Below, piece by piece: positions 41,778 through 55,508 of a DNA stretch of 64,000 nucleotides (position 1 is its first letter; each line of letters opens with the position of its first letter). A program made the translations under genes and the position numbers. The notes beneath the pieces were generated by a model. It was not told the origin of the DNA. It searched no databases and was given only the letters and a program-made list of their open reading frames with translations. This stretch comes from Eledone cirrhosa (taxonomy: Eukaryota): the NCBI GenBank assembly GCA_964016885.1, contig OZ024742.1, positions 242,482,001-242,546,000 of the forward strand, given 5' to 3'.

Positions 41778-41824
<47 letters not shown>

Positions 41825-41897
41825 TTATATATATATATATGTATATGTATATGTGTGTATATGTATATATATATATATATGTTTGTGTGTGTGTGTG

Positions 41898-41998
<101 letters not shown>

Positions 41999-42068
41999 TT
42001 ATGTATATGTATATATGTGTATATATATGTGCGTGTTCTATGTATGTATATATGTATATGTATATGTA

Positions 42069-42140
<72 letters not shown>

Positions 42141-42143
42141 CGT

Positions 42144-42330
42144 AACATAAGGCAATTGCATCAACTCATAATCCTTTATTTACTGCTATTTATATTTCGA
42201 TGATAGCCATTGAATGGCTATGACTTCATCTGGCGGTTAGTCAGTTCTTAGATATGCCAGCTCTGTGTTTAGGGTGTTGATTGTATCAGAGCCTTGGGAC
42301 ATATGAGCTTGTTAGGAATAATTTAATGTT
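42144..42330 (-). repeat. Second pLTR copy of the 36751-40047 element; HHR core mutated (CAGATGA)
   Basis: Direct repeat of 36751-36935. Confidence 0.8.
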
Positions 42331-42417
42331 AATTTAATATGTATGTACATATGTGTATATATATGTGTGTGTGTATGTATGTATATATGTATATGTACAT
42401 GTATATGTGTGTATGTC

Positions 42418-42470
<53 letters not shown>

Positions 42471-42517
42471 ATGTATATGTGTATATATGTGTATATATAT
42501 ATATGTATATATATATA

Positions 42518-43030
42518 AGGTTTCTTGGTGAGGAGAGTGGCTTTGGACATCCTGCAGGACTAAAAACAAAACCTCTCAAAAGGCAAAGGGGCTCTTAAGA
42601 GTCAATAGCCATCCAAAATTACCGGGAGAGATGACCCCTTAGCCTTTGTCAATGCAGAATTCTAGGAGAAGGAAAACTCTGATATAACACCTGCAACCCT
42701 GATGGTATCCAATGATGTTGATTTGTTCTTCTTTTTGGTAAATATCATCTTGGTTAAGGAGTGGGACTGACTTTGTGCAGTGCCTTTGCTCACTATAAAA
42801 GCTTCACGGCACAGGCATTGCTTTATATCTGGAGATCTCTGCACTTGTCGTCACATGGTAGCATGGGCCCAGCACTATGTGTCAATAATTGTCACAGGTG
42901 TAGTGTTCGTACCAGAGTTTTCAAGTCGCTGGCTGGATTAAAAAGTCACACTCGTTCAGCGCATCGGTAGGGATTCTCCTACATGGATATAAACTAATGG
43001 CCGTACTCGAAAACGAGTTGGCAGCCACCA
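42518..43030 (+). mobile_element. Copy 3 of the non-autonomous retroelement at 17527-18130
   Basis: Sequence identity and same 3' end. Confidence 0.8.
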
Positions 43031-43056
43031 TATATATATGTTTGTATATATATATA

Positions 43057-43089
<33 letters not shown>

Positions 43090-43090
<1 letters not shown>

Positions 43091-44052
43091 AAAGACGTAA
43101 AGTAAGAAAATTTTAAAAAATTAACTTACTTACTAAAATTTTCACTCCAACTAATTAGTTTCTGCAATGGGATAAAGACAGTTACGTAATAAACTGTCGA
43201 GAATTTATTGCGTTATCAGGGAGTCTATTCTCAGCTATGTCACCAGGCAATGCGCGGACACTGGGGACTCATATAAAAATAATAATAATTCGGTAAATGG
43301 AACAGCTAGCGGGGACTGGATTCCATGCACTGAAAATCTCGCTGTCACTGGTCAAATGGCAGATTCTAAAGAATCAATGACGTGACACTGAGGCTAGTCG
43401 GTAGGAGTGGGATGGTAAGATGACAAAAGCCTACTAACACACCAATAAATTAGTAGTGGTTTTGGCCGGTTTGCTCGACAAATAAGTAATTTGGAGATAA
43501 ATATAGAGAATTTAGTATATCTACTAACATATGCGTACAGATGTACGCTAATGCTAGCAAATACACAGGTTATGTCATAGTACCTAGGTGGTTCAATGCA
43601 GAATGATGCAGAACAATAATATAAAAGACGTAAAATAAGAAAATTTTAAAAAATTAACTTACTTACTAAAATTTTCACTCCAACTAATTAGTTTCTGCAA
43701 TGGGATAAAGATAGTTACGTAATAAACTGTCGAGAATTTATTGCGTCATCAGGGAGTCTATTCTCAGCTAAGTCTCCAGGCAATGCGCGGACACTGGGGA
43801 CTCATATAAAAATAATAATAATTCGGTAAATGGAACAGCTAGCGGGGACTGGATTCCATGCACTGAAAATCTCGCTGTCACTGGTCAAATGGCAGATTCT
43901 AAAGAATCAATCACGTGACACTGAGGCTAGTCGGTAGGAGTGGGATGGTAAGATGACAGAAGCCTACTAACACACCAATAAATTAGTAGTGGTTTTGGCA
44001 GGTTTACTCGACAAATAAGTAATTTGGAGATATTTTCTTATTTTACGTCTTT
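43090..44052 (-). repeat. Tandem pLTR-like direct repeat (period 533 bp), each copy with an HHR, plus a short inverted end
   Basis: 43090-43499 repeated at 43623-44031; 44032-44052 is the reverse complement of the repeat start. Confidence 0.88.
43677..43757 (-). ncRNA. Type-I hammerhead (twin at 43144-43224 has CTGATAA)
   Basis: Reverse complement: actcc-CTGATGA-cgcaat..attgca-GAAA-ctaattag-TT-ggagt. Confidence 0.8.
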
Positions 44053-45487
44053 ACTAAATGCCGGTTTTAAGCGGAAAATATCCTACATCATTAATGCTAG
44101 CGCTAGAAACCAATCCCAAAGTAGGACTAATGTTATAGTGAGCCATACTTATAACAGAGCACGCTACAGCCATGACAGCGTCAAGAAATATAGTATAGAG
44201 AACCACACTAAGAAACTTGCCCACCTCGTTAATTACATGGGTGGCGACCAAGACAACCGACATTATGGTAAATGTTACCCGATTGGTAGCGTCACCCGCA
44301 GCAGCCTATTAGAGTTATTCCCTAACTATAAGACCACCAACTGAGGCGGTCTATTACCAACACCCTCCAACCCGCGTCCAGCCACACATAGAAAGTACAG
44401 AGGTAAGGCGCCCCCAGTTGAACATAATGAAATGGGGACGAATAACCGGCTACAGCACAGGAGCAACCGTAAGCACTGTCAACTAGGAAGCACAACCTGT
44501 AGCAAACCAACTGTAAAGCGGAAACGCCACCGTAATATCATATGGTTTCACACACACACACACACCCTACTCTCGGAGTGTGGCCTCCGACGTACCAAGG
44601 ATATTCTTCGAAGCCTTGGAGAGGAATTTCCCACCTAATCATAAATACAGAAAAATACTTAACAGGAACAATATCAAAATATCCTTCTCTACCACCCCCA
44701 ATCTAGCTGACATCATAGAAGCAACTAATCACAGTAAGATTAACAAAACACTACACCTTAGCACAGAAACATCTAGACATGACAACAACACTAATAACCT
44801 TAACATCCCCCTAACAGCACCAAATAGGGTGGGTGGCCGCCCCGGCAGACAAAACCCACGTAACCAGGGCGTGATTGGAGAATATACCGGCAACCCACGC
44901 ACGTCACCCACCGGCAGCAGAATAGGCTGCAGTGTGCGGAATAATAATGGTACGACACCGCACGCCTCGAGAGATAACAGTACCAATGACAGAGTTAGAG
45001 ACATAGATAACAACATAGATAGCAATAGTAATAGCTTTACTTTAGGAACTAGGAGCGACCGTGACGGAAAATGCAACTGTCGTGACAGGGGAGGCTGCCC
45101 TCTCAGGGGAAACTGCCTGGCTGATAAGGTTGTTTATAGGTGCACCGTAACTAGCCAGAGCTGAGTTAAACACTATATAGGAGCCACCTCCGGCCAGTTT
45201 AAAACGAGATTTAGAACACATCCCCACTCTTTCAGGAACAAAAAACATCGCTTGCCAACTACGTCACTACATTGCAAGACGCCAACATAAGCTTCTCTAC
45301 ACACTGGGATATTGTCAGTAGAGCTGCACCCTACAACTTCAGGGATAAATCCCAACTCTGCCTCATGGAGATGTACTACATCATAAGAACACCCCAGGAG
45401 CTCTTAAACAGCCGAGCAGAATCAGTTATTAATTGTAAACACCGGGTACAGGCGTCGTATTTTGCCTGGGAGGCGACTGTGACATGA
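44053..45487 (+). pseudogene. Naiad-like PLE 3' part, decayed
   Basis: RNIIWF, ILNRNNIKISFSTTPNL, CNCRDRGGCPLRGNCL, HYIGATSGQFKTR, LLNSRAE..CKH; stops and frameshifts. Confidence 0.82.
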
Positions 45488-45850
45488 AAACTACGAATTG
45501 GGTCCTCCTGCCCGAACCATAACACCCCGGTGGGCACGCAGTATGAACAAACAACTGTGAACCAAATGTACACCGCAGACCATACTCGAACAAACATTAG
45601 TGAAGCAACATCCACTAAATAATAAATGGACACTCCAGACCCGACCTGTACTGGCACTAGTGAAACAACACACATAACATAAAGACGAAACGAAATTAAA
45701 TTTCGTTTCGTCATTTGTTTTTATCGTCTCCGCTGAACCGGTGCGTACTCACACTCTATGCAAATTAGTCTGCCCACTACTAATTTTCATAGAAAAAGCA
45801 TATAACGATATGTGCTTTTACAATTCTCCAGAAAGGCCGGTAGATAGGTA

Positions 45851-45895
45851 AATATTGCTGATGAGTTGTAACAACAACGAAACTAGTTCAATATT
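45851..45895 (+). ncRNA. Minimal type-I hammerhead
   Basis: aatattg-CTGATGA-gttgt(aaca)acaac-GAAA-ctag-TT-caatatt. Confidence 0.88.
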
Positions 45896-46317
45896 CCTTG
45901 TCTGGCTTTCTGGAGAATAGAGGGAAGGTGTTCCCTCAAAAACCAGTATGACTCTAAAAACCGGTTTGTCTGTGTGTTTACATACAGAATAGCTGGGTGC
46001 TCACAGTAAAGCAACCAGTGAAAGACTTGTTACATATACATACGTATACGTGTGTGTATTCATATACACACTAGTATTTCAGTATGCATATGTAGATGTA
46101 ATTTTTTTAACTTAATTGTTTAAGCGTCAGTCATACAAAAGTGAGTTACAAACGAAACGAAATTTAATTTCGTTTCGTCATTTGTTTTTATCGTCTCCGC
46201 TGAACCGGTGCGTACTCACACTCTATGCAAATTAGTCTGCCCACTACTAATTTTCATAGAAAAAGCATATAACGATATGTGCTTTTACAATTCTCCAGAA
46301 AGGCCGGTAGATAGGTA

Positions 46318-46362
46318 AATATTGCTGATGAGTTGAAACAACAACGAAACTAGTTCAATATT
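46318..46362 (+). ncRNA. Minimal type-I hammerhead (tandem twin of 45851-45895)
   Basis: Same fold; one substitution at the top of stem II. Confidence 0.88.
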
Positions 46363-46581
46363 CCTTGTCTGGCTTTCTGGAGAATAGAGGGAAGGTGTTC
46401 CCTCAAAAACCAGTATGACTCTAAAAACCGGTTTGTCTGTGTGTTTACATACAGAATAGCTGGGTGCTCACAGTACAGCAACCAGTGAAAGACTTGTTAC
46501 ATATACATACGTATACGTGTGTGTATTCATATACACACTAGTATTTCAGTATGCATATGTAGATGTAATTTTTTTAACTTA

Positions 46582-46646
<65 letters not shown>

Positions 46647-46680
46647 ATGTGTGTGTGTGTGTGTGTCTATATATATATAT

Positions 46681-47619
46681 AGGTACGTGGACGATATCCT
46701 CATCCTCACATCTTCCCAAGACATGGCGAACAGAATCTTTGAGACGTTCAACAACACGAACGAGAACCTTGACTTCAGTGTTGAACACCCCAACGACGAC
46801 GGGTCACTTGCCCTCCTCGACTTCCGAATCAACATCACGGAACAGGGAGGGATCCACTGCAACTTCTACCGAAAGGCAGCCTGCAGGGACCTGTTCGTCC
46901 ATTACAAGTCCACCCTCCCTAACAGTGCCAAAAGAGGATACATGACGAACGAGATCGCGCGAATCAAAAACAGATGCAGCGATCCCGCGAGTGGTGTCAC
47001 TCATACCAAGCGATTCCTCGAGGTGCTGGAGACGAACGGGTACCCTACCTCGCTCACAGACAGAGTAGGAGACACCAGAGACAAGAGACAGAGAGGAACC
47101 CAAGGCAAGTGCTTCCTTAAAATGCCACACCTGGGCGAGAATACCACCAACGCTATCCGCAAGACTATACGGAGGGAGGGCCTCGACATCCACCAGGCCC
47201 ACTCGGGCCCCTCCCTGCGAAGATGTCTCTCCAGGAAACCCGGGAAATCAACTGACGCGTGCTCCCTCAGAGACTGCCCGATGCGCCATGCGAACTGTTG
47301 CCTACGCACATAAGTCGTGTATGAGATAGAATGTAACAAGTGCAACCAATACTATATAGGTAGCACAATCCGGCCGTTACACATCCGGATCAAGGAACAC
47401 ACTAAAACCAGGGCCTCGTCTTTCCGGAAACACATAGCCAAATGCGGAAACAAAGACGGAAGGCCCATTGTCACAATTCTAGCGACAGAAAGAAACGTCG
47501 GCACGTTACGTATCAAGGAAGCATTTTGGATCAAACGCCTAGGGCCACAATTAAACAACCGATCCGAGAGAAGCGAAATGAGGTGGTTGGTTTAAGTTAA
47601 CAAACGATGCAGCAACACA

Positions 47620-47682
<63 letters not shown>

Positions 47683-48306
47683 GCATTCCACCATACGAAC
47701 ATATTACACTGCCAATACAGAGGAACAAGGCAACAACACACGCACGCACACACACACTCAAGCGAGACAACAACACACGCACACACACACACACAGTAAC
47801 ATTCACCAAATAGGCAGAGAATGGACTGACAGCTAGCGCCACCCCACTCCCACAATTGAAAGAACTACTTCGGCCGCTGACCTCAGCCTGACCGACCCCA
47901 TTTCACGCGCACGCGCGCTCTGTTGAATACCTCAGATATTCAAAACAATGAACAGCGGAGGACACGTTTCGCATCTTTCCGACAGACAACCCTCCTCCTC
48001 CCCCCGGAAAAAAACCCAGTTGATGAATGTGAATCCGAAATATATAGGGACAATTAAATCTCTCCCAAGGTAACTCTTTCTCGTGTTGTTATTTTTATTT
48101 TTATCCTTTACGCTCTTTGCTTCATTCCTCTACACGTTACAGTCTTATACACGCCACGCATCTCAATGTACACCCACTTAATCTCTCTCTCCACCACCGG
48201 ATCTTGTTACCCGGAGATTTACCCATCTGCATTGTCGAGGCTTCCAAACGACTTAAAGAAATTTACCTTATTATTCCACAATGCTTCAAGCAAACTTCAA
48301 TACTCT

Positions 48307-48308
<2 letters not shown>
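46681..48308 (+). mobile_element. 5'-truncated Poseidon/Penelope-like PLE
   Basis: RYVDDILIL, FSVEHPNDDGSLALLDFRI, FYRK, VYEIECNKCNQYYIGSTIRPLHIRIKEH, EAFWI..PQLN; one in-frame stop at ~47311; starts directly after (TA)n. Confidence 0.85.
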
Positions 48309-48364
<56 letters not shown>

Positions 48365-48438
48365 TGTGTATATATATGTATGTGTGTGTATGTATATGTA
48401 TATATATATATATGTATATATATGTATATATATGTGTA

Positions 48439-48471
<33 letters not shown>

Positions 48472-48624
48472 TTGTGTATGTGTATTTATGTATTTTGGAT
48501 ATGTGTATATATGTGTATTTCTGTAGATGTGTTTGTATATGTATGTATATGTGTATATTTATATGTATGTATATGTATATGTATGTATGGTGTGTGTGTA
48601 TATATATGTATATATGTGTGTGTG

Positions 48625-48802
<178 letters not shown>

Positions 48803-49242
48803 TGTCTGTTGACAACTGGAATATAGCTTAAGAGAAGTATGACAATAATGATATGATAGGCACCCATTATTTTGAATTGGTTTATAGAATTCTCTTGGCC
48901 TTTGTCACTCTAATTAGGGCTTTAAAGAATTACCTTTTAAAGAATTTCCCTTTTCTTTAAATCCATCAACTATGACAGACCCCCAACCATCTGATAGACA
49001 CCTGAAATATAGGCATTGTTAGCTTAAGAGAAACTTAAAAATAAGGAGTGGCACCCCATTCTGAACTTGTTTATAGAATTATCTCTGCCTTTGTCACTCT
49101 AAATATAAATTATAGCCTTAAAGAATTAGCTTTTAATGAATCCCCTTTTCTTTCAACCAATGACATCCACCCATCCCACTCCCTACCCTCTCCTACCACC
49201 TGAAATTATATAAATACCACAACATTTATTTTGGAAAGCCAA

Positions 49243-49289
49243 ATTCCTGATGATTTCTAAAGAATGAAACAGTTCTAGTCCCGTAGAAT
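49243..49289 (+). ncRNA. Type-I hammerhead
   Basis: attc-CTGATGA-tttc(taaa)gaat-GAAA-cag..ccg-TA-gaat. Confidence 0.6.
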
Positions 49290-49434
49290 CTCATCTATAT
49301 TAAAACTTTTACACTCTGCTATGTATCGAGTACCTTACTTACTGTGGTTACCTCCGATTCAACCCGGAATAACTTGCCTATATATATATACAATAATATT
49401 AAAATAATAGAAACTATAATTATAAAACCATATT

Positions 49435-49495
49435 TATTCGATTATATATATTTCAAGGGTACCAAAATTTGGGCACACTCTCATCAGATAAAATA
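49435..49495 (-). ncRNA. Type-I hammerhead (family of 12971-13036)
   Basis: Reverse complement: tattttat-CTGATGA-gagtgtgcc..ggtaccctt-GAAA-tatata-TA-atcgaata. Confidence 0.72.
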
Positions 49496-50094
49496 CAAAG
49501 TTTGTTTTATAAATATTGATATAACCAAGAAAAGATACCTTGCCGGTTCAAGTTTTTCCTGGATAATGAAGGAAAAGAGAAGAAACGTCAGATATTTCAA
49601 ATTATTAAGATGAGTATGCAAATGAGGTGAGGTATAGGGCTGAAAAAACGTTATTTTAGACGCTATGCAGAATTTAAATAATTAGAATATATGTATGTAT
49701 GGGTAGGAAGAAGAAAAAAGAAAGAAGAGCTTGTATTTACGTTAATTTAAAAGGAATTAACAATTTGCAGGAATGGTGGAATATGATTCCAGAATTTAAA
49801 ATTTATTTAGCTATATTATGTGTTATAATATTGTATATATAATCTATTAGATTATATGAAGAATTATGGTTGTAAGTAGATTTTATCTTATTACATTACA
49901 ATAGTTTCTAAGTATATACATATCTATATAGATTAATAACGTGTTTTTTTAATGTAAAATGCAGAATCAACATGTTTCGTAACTCATATGACAAATGTAA
50001 ACAACTAATAATTGTCACTTATGTCTATTTCTATAATACTTATACATGCACAATTATTAATCTATATAGATATTTATTTATTTACAACCTGTAC

Positions 50095-50127
<33 letters not shown>

Positions 50128-50142
50128 CATATATATATACAT

Positions 50143-50364
50143 AGTGAAGGCGTGTGGCTGAGTGGTTAGAGAATTGGATTCGCAATCGTAAGGTTGTGAG
50201 TTCGATTCCTGGACCAGGCGATGCGTTATGTCCTTGAGCAAGACACTTTATTTCACGTTGCTCCTTCTACCTGGAGTTGCGACCGATAGATAGTATTAGC
50301 AATTGGAAAGACCAACGGAAACATTGTTCCCTCGGTCCGATTTGACGAAAGTCGATCGTTCCTT
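50143..50364 (+). mobile_element. Full-length tRNA-derived CORE-like SINE
   Basis: A-box tggctgagtgg, B-box gagttcgattcc, CORE-like gtccttgagcaagacactt, TA tail. Confidence 0.82.
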
Positions 50365-50451
50365 TATATATATATATATATATATATACAAAAGCAGATG
50401 TGTATACATATATTTATATATACATAATATATATGGGAATTTGTGTATGCG

Positions 50452-50755
50452 TACTGGACTCACGATCGTAGGGTCATGAGTTCGATTCCCAGACTGAGCG
50501 GTGTGCTATTCTCATAAGCAAGACACTTTATTTAACATCATACCAGTCACTTAATCTGACACAAAAATGAGCTGTCCGTGTCGCTCTCTATATCATGCTG
50601 AATCTCCCTGAGAACTACTTTAGTGGAATACTCTGTTATAATACTCCCGGAGAACTACGTGTCAGTGGAATACTCTGTTAGTTGCACATTAATATCACGT
50701 TTTTACCCGTTGATCTAATTAATTGGAGAACGCGTGGTTGGAAACGATGGAGGTC

Positions 50756-50757
<2 letters not shown>
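50452..50757 (+). mobile_element. CORE-like SINE, second subfamily, 5'-truncated
   Basis: Matches the reverse complement of 27863-28170. Confidence 0.8.
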
Positions 50758-50786
<29 letters not shown>

Positions 50787-50963
50787 ATACATACATATAT
50801 ATATGTATACACGTATATATATTGTAAAGAGTCGGGACTCGACGGCTGAGCTGCTCTTGCGATTATAATATAACCATACTCTACTATCCCAAGTATCGAG
50901 TACTCTGTTGAGTAATGGTCTAACCAGTTTCAAACGGAATTCATCCTTATTTATATATATATA

Positions 50964-51374
50964 GTGTTGCTGTATGGGTCTGAGACTTGGACACTGACCA
51001 AGAGACTCACTCAGATGGTGGATGGGTGCTACACGAGAATGCTGAGGATGGCTCTGAACATTAATCAGTATACACTGAGGATGAAAAACTCAGTGCTGTA
51101 TGGGAGCATCCCAAAAGTCAGCTCAAAAGTGACACAGAGGAGACTGAGGTTGGCTGGACATGCTCACCGTCATCCAGAGTTGACATTGCACTCAGTGCTC
51201 CTTTGGGAGCCCCTACATGGACACACTAGAAGAGGAAGACCAAGGTTAACATATGTTGATGCCCTAAGGACAGACACTGGTCTGTTGGAGATGCAGGATA
51301 TGGCAGCGATAATGAGGGACAGAGACCGCTGGAGAGAACTCGTCCATGGATCTCGGGAATTTTACCCGCCTTAG
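50964..51374 (+). mobile_element. RTE-clade LINE 3' end
   Basis: LLYGSETWTLT..YTRMLR..RRLRLAGH..R.RGRP..DRDRWR. Confidence 0.85.
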
Positions 51375-51507
51375 ATAGATAGATATATAATATATATATA
51401 TATAAAGCGGACGTAAAATGATGATGAAGATGATGATATTTATAGGTTAGAACACTGGAAGGTAATATCCATAGTGGTAGAGCACTCAGTCCATGGGACG
51501 AGTTTGG

Positions 51508-51675
51508 TAGAAGTAGTAACACAACAGTTAGTTCTCCATACCGAGAACAATTGTTTCACTTTAGCGGATCCTCAGTTCGGACAGGTCATGGTTATCCATG
51601 ACCTGTCCGAGCTGAAGATCCGCATAAGGTGAAACAATTGTTCTCGGTATGGTGAACTAACTGTTGTGTTACTAC

Positions 51676-51680
<5 letters not shown>
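51508..51680. repeat. 173-bp palindrome with an intact-core HHR on each strand (51541-51580 -, 51607-51647 +)
   Basis: + strand: ccgag-CTGAAGA-tcc(gcataa)ggt-GAAA-caattg-TT-ctcgg; - strand: ccgaa-CTGAGGA-..-GAAA-caattg-TT-ctcgg. Confidence 0.85.
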
Positions 51681-51756
<76 letters not shown>

Positions 51757-52135
51757 CACACACACTAGATAAAATTCCAGTGTAGCAAGGCATACCACTT
51801 AGTCATAATTAATGAATACTTAAACTCTATTTTGGTATTGAGTACTCTTTTTTAGGTCTGTCAATAATCCACATATTTATATATATCATATTTAATATAG
51901 AAGGGGCTTCTACAGAAATAGGACTGTTTTATTCGTATGAAATCATGTTCACACTATATTTATGTATCGTGTTCCTTATTTACTGTGGTTAACTCCAATT
52001 TAACACGGGATTTATAATATTACGATATTTATATAGTAATATTAAATACAAATACCAAAATCCCAAACAGATTTTACTGTTTAGGGAGAAAGCAGAATTT
52101 AATTACTTAAAATTTTAATCTACTACTAGTAGTAG

Positions 52136-52230
<95 letters not shown>

Positions 52231-52439
52231 TATATGAAATAATATTTATGTTTTAAAGGGAAGTTTCTCTCAGCTATGCCATGGAATAGCTTAGGTATAT
52301 AGTTTCAGATAGTGGATATACTAATAATGAGACGGCCATTAATAAACTAATTAGTGAAACTGATCATTTAGCATATGTGCCTACTAATGGATTAGTAAAT
52401 GATAATATAACCGAATGTAGTACACCTACTAGTAGTCAC

Positions 52440-52870
52440 CACCTAATAAGGGACTGCAATTGTAGGGTCCCTGATATTTGGCCTCTTAGGGAACATTGCC
52501 TAAAACGCAACGTGGTATATAAATTTGAGGTCTCTACTAAAAAACACTTATAGCTATATAAGAGCCTCTATTTGCTTCAAGATGACATCCTACTCACACA
52601 TACATTCGTTTAAGATCGAATACACTACTAAGATACTACTAAGATACACTCCTTCTCTAGCTGAATTGGTGTTGGACTTAAAGTAAAAATATAGACTACA
52701 CCCTTAAATGGAATTTAGTTAACTCTGGTAAACCTTATCGCGTAGGACGGAAAAAGTGTGATCTCTGTTTCACAGAGGCATTTGAAATAGTCACATCAAA
52801 TATCACCCAGATAAACTCCCAACATGATGTTATCCTTTCTCGCAACCATAAACTTTTTCAATCGTTCTAC
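52440..52870 (+). pseudogene. Highly decayed Naiad-like GIY-YIG fragment
   Basis: DCNCRVPDIWPLREHCLKRNVVYKFEV.., later KWNLV..KCDLCFTE. Confidence 0.6.
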
Positions 52871-55330
52871 CACTCAACATTCGATCCGACTTGAATGTAC
52901 TTCATAGGGCATACACTCGATAGGGATCAATATCTAGGGCAATTCTAATATCTCCTAATGCCTCTCGCCTAACTGTCACTCTTTCCCCATGCTTTAACAT
53001 GTTTTACTCTTGTGTAGTAATAGATGGTCCCATTAATAATCTATAATTTCATCTAAACCTTATCTTTTCGAGTTATTTTTATCTTTATTTGTATTATTTT
53101 TTTGTGGATGTCGGTGTAACCTATTTAATTAACACCCTTAATTAGACCTTAAGTGTGGTTATCTCCCTTTAACTTTAAGTCGTTGCTAGGTCATCAGGAC
53201 ATATTTACACCGGTTGATATCGACAACTAAGATGCAAAACGGAAAGTAATATCTTATTAATGTTAATCTGAATGTTTTTATAGATCTTCATGAACCAGAT
53301 TTTAATGAAAATTGCACGTTCTTATGTAGTCTGGCGAAACATATGTCGGTTAACTAAATGTACAATTACTTTGGTTGTTTAATATTATATATATATACAT
53401 ATGTAGTAGTAGTAGTAGTAGTAGGAGTAGGAGGAGGAGGAGGAGGAGGAGGAGGAGGAGGAGGAGGAGGAGGAGGAGGAGGAGGAGGAGTAGTAGTAGT
53501 AGTTATATTGTTGATGTTGATGATTTTGTTCCCTTTGTATTTCTTGAAACCTTAAGTACCCTTTAAATCTGAAGCAATTTCAGCTCATTTTTTGTCATGC
53601 AGTATTTGTAATTTATTATATTGATATGTAATATTTAGTCATTTGTAAACCAATGCTAGTTTGTTTGAAGTATGAAGCACTAAATTATGTATTATAATGT
53701 TCACCTGTGCATAATCTTTTAATGAAAATAAATGTAACAAATGTGTTTGTTTGCTTACTTTGTTTTTTGTTGTTTTGCTTATTTGTTTGCTTGCTTTGTT
53801 TTTTGTTTTTTCGTCGTGCATCTATGATTTAGACTCTAATACCTTACTGCACTGTACTTGTAGCAGCAAATTATGTTTATCAATCATTACCAAAAACATT
53901 GTTTTTGTTACCGTTGTTAATATTTGAGTCAAATTATTATAATTCATCTTAATATATATATTTCAAAAATGATTTCATTGTCAGCAATTAGTTCTAATCA
54001 ACATTGTATAATTCTAAAATTCTTAATTTGAAAGTTATATTGGAGTATAAACCAGTTCATATATTAATGTTGTTAAATGGTATATGATGTTGAATATAGA
54101 AACAAAAAATGTAGATTAGAGAGAAAAACAAAAACGTTAGTGTTCCATTATATTCACTTGCAATTTGAAACTACATTCTTCATCTCTATTCCCACTAATT
54201 CCCATTTAGTTTTACACATACACACATACATTTGCACGAGAACACTCACACTCGCATCCATATGCACTTTCTTTATACCTCTATTTAAATCAGAAACTAT
54301 GCTCAGCACAAGTGGACTTGTTGCTTTATGTTTAACAAAGTGTAACATAATACTTTCTTGAACGAAAATGAAATGAAAAATATCTTGAAAATATTTGCCT
54401 AATTTTTCATATTCACATCAGCGCATAAGAAAGTTTTCTGAAGGAAAAAATCGATTGGGTTGCGATGATTTAAAGAGTCTTCATTTTGGTCAACAGAAAA
54501 TTAAAATAACAACGATGTTTTCTTTGTTTTCCTTTTTCACTAAGATTCTCTTGTTCTTTCATTAATAGAGTACACATAAAAAGCTATATACTGCAGCAAT
54601 TACTTGCGACTTGAATTCCACGTTGACTAATTGATAACACAAATTACTTCACATCCTCCTGATTTTGAAACGTGAAACCTAATGAATTTTCTTTTTTTTT
54701 TCAAATGCTGATCAATTTAAAGCGACATGATTTGTTTTCTTTCAGAAAATTAACGACAGTTGTTAGGATAAGGTTTGCTGATAGTTGTAATCATTAGCTG
54801 AATTTTGCAATCATCGCTATAATATTTGCCTTCATTTAACCCTGATGGTAGCTGAATTGCTGTAGAACAGGGCTTTTAATTTTCTTTTAAATTCAACTTT
54901 AGTTTAGAAGGAAATTTTGTTCTGAAATCAAATTACATTTCCAAGAAAAGTAAATATATAATATGCTATTTTTTCTATCTATTTATGTCAACAATCTTTG
55001 AGACAAAATTGAAGCTACATCCTCTCTCTGGTGATTTTCTTTTAAATAACCACGCAGCCAACTATTTATGCTTGATGGATAGAAATAAAGTTATTGTAGC
55101 AATGGTGGAGTGACAAAATGCACATTCAATCATTGGATTCTTCAAACCTTGCATGGCTAAATTAGATTGTGTACGGCATGGACCACCCTTTCAACTTCAA
55201 CTATTTTGAATATTAACACTTGTTTTACAATGAAACTTTAATAAATATATCAATCTCATTTTTTTTTTATTCATTTCCAAATATTCATTACAATGCTGCA
55301 CACATCAAACGTATTGCACTCAAATATAAT

Positions 55331-55508
55331 TGTTTCTACTTTTGGCACAAGGCCAGCAATTACCCAGTACATTACTGGTACTTTATTTTATCGACCCCGT
55401 AAGGATGAAAGGCAAAGTTAACCTCGACGGGATTTGAACTCAGACCGTAAAGGGACGTAACTATGCTGGAAAGCATGGCGTCCGACCCTCTACCGATACT
55501 GCCAATTC
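55331..55508 (-). mobile_element. Meta-like tRNA SINE with 12-bp TSD
   Basis: ctcaaatataat at 55319-55330 and 55509-55520. Confidence 0.85.

Larger units (their letters stand above)
45685..46586 (+). repeat. Near-identical tandem repeat (period 467 bp), each copy with an intact HHR
   Basis: 45685-46119 repeated at 46152-46586; related to the solo unit at ~40474-40785. Confidence 0.92.

Noticed and set aside
45162-45164. In-frame TGA in a Naiad-like ORF as selenocysteine (reported for some Naiads)
   Set aside because: Falls at a variable non-Cys position in sibling families; the copy has other disabling mutations; no SECIS recognised
48010-48052. ttgatga..gaaatatata-ggg in the Poseidon-like 3' end
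   Set aside because: Stem II does not pair and stem I is displaced; too degenerate to call
50143-50216. tRNA gene
   Set aside because: No proper acceptor stem; continues into the SINE body repeated elsewhere in the window
53105-53203. Minus-strand tgtc-CTGATGA-ccta..tagg..gaca
   Set aside because: GAAA and UH missing
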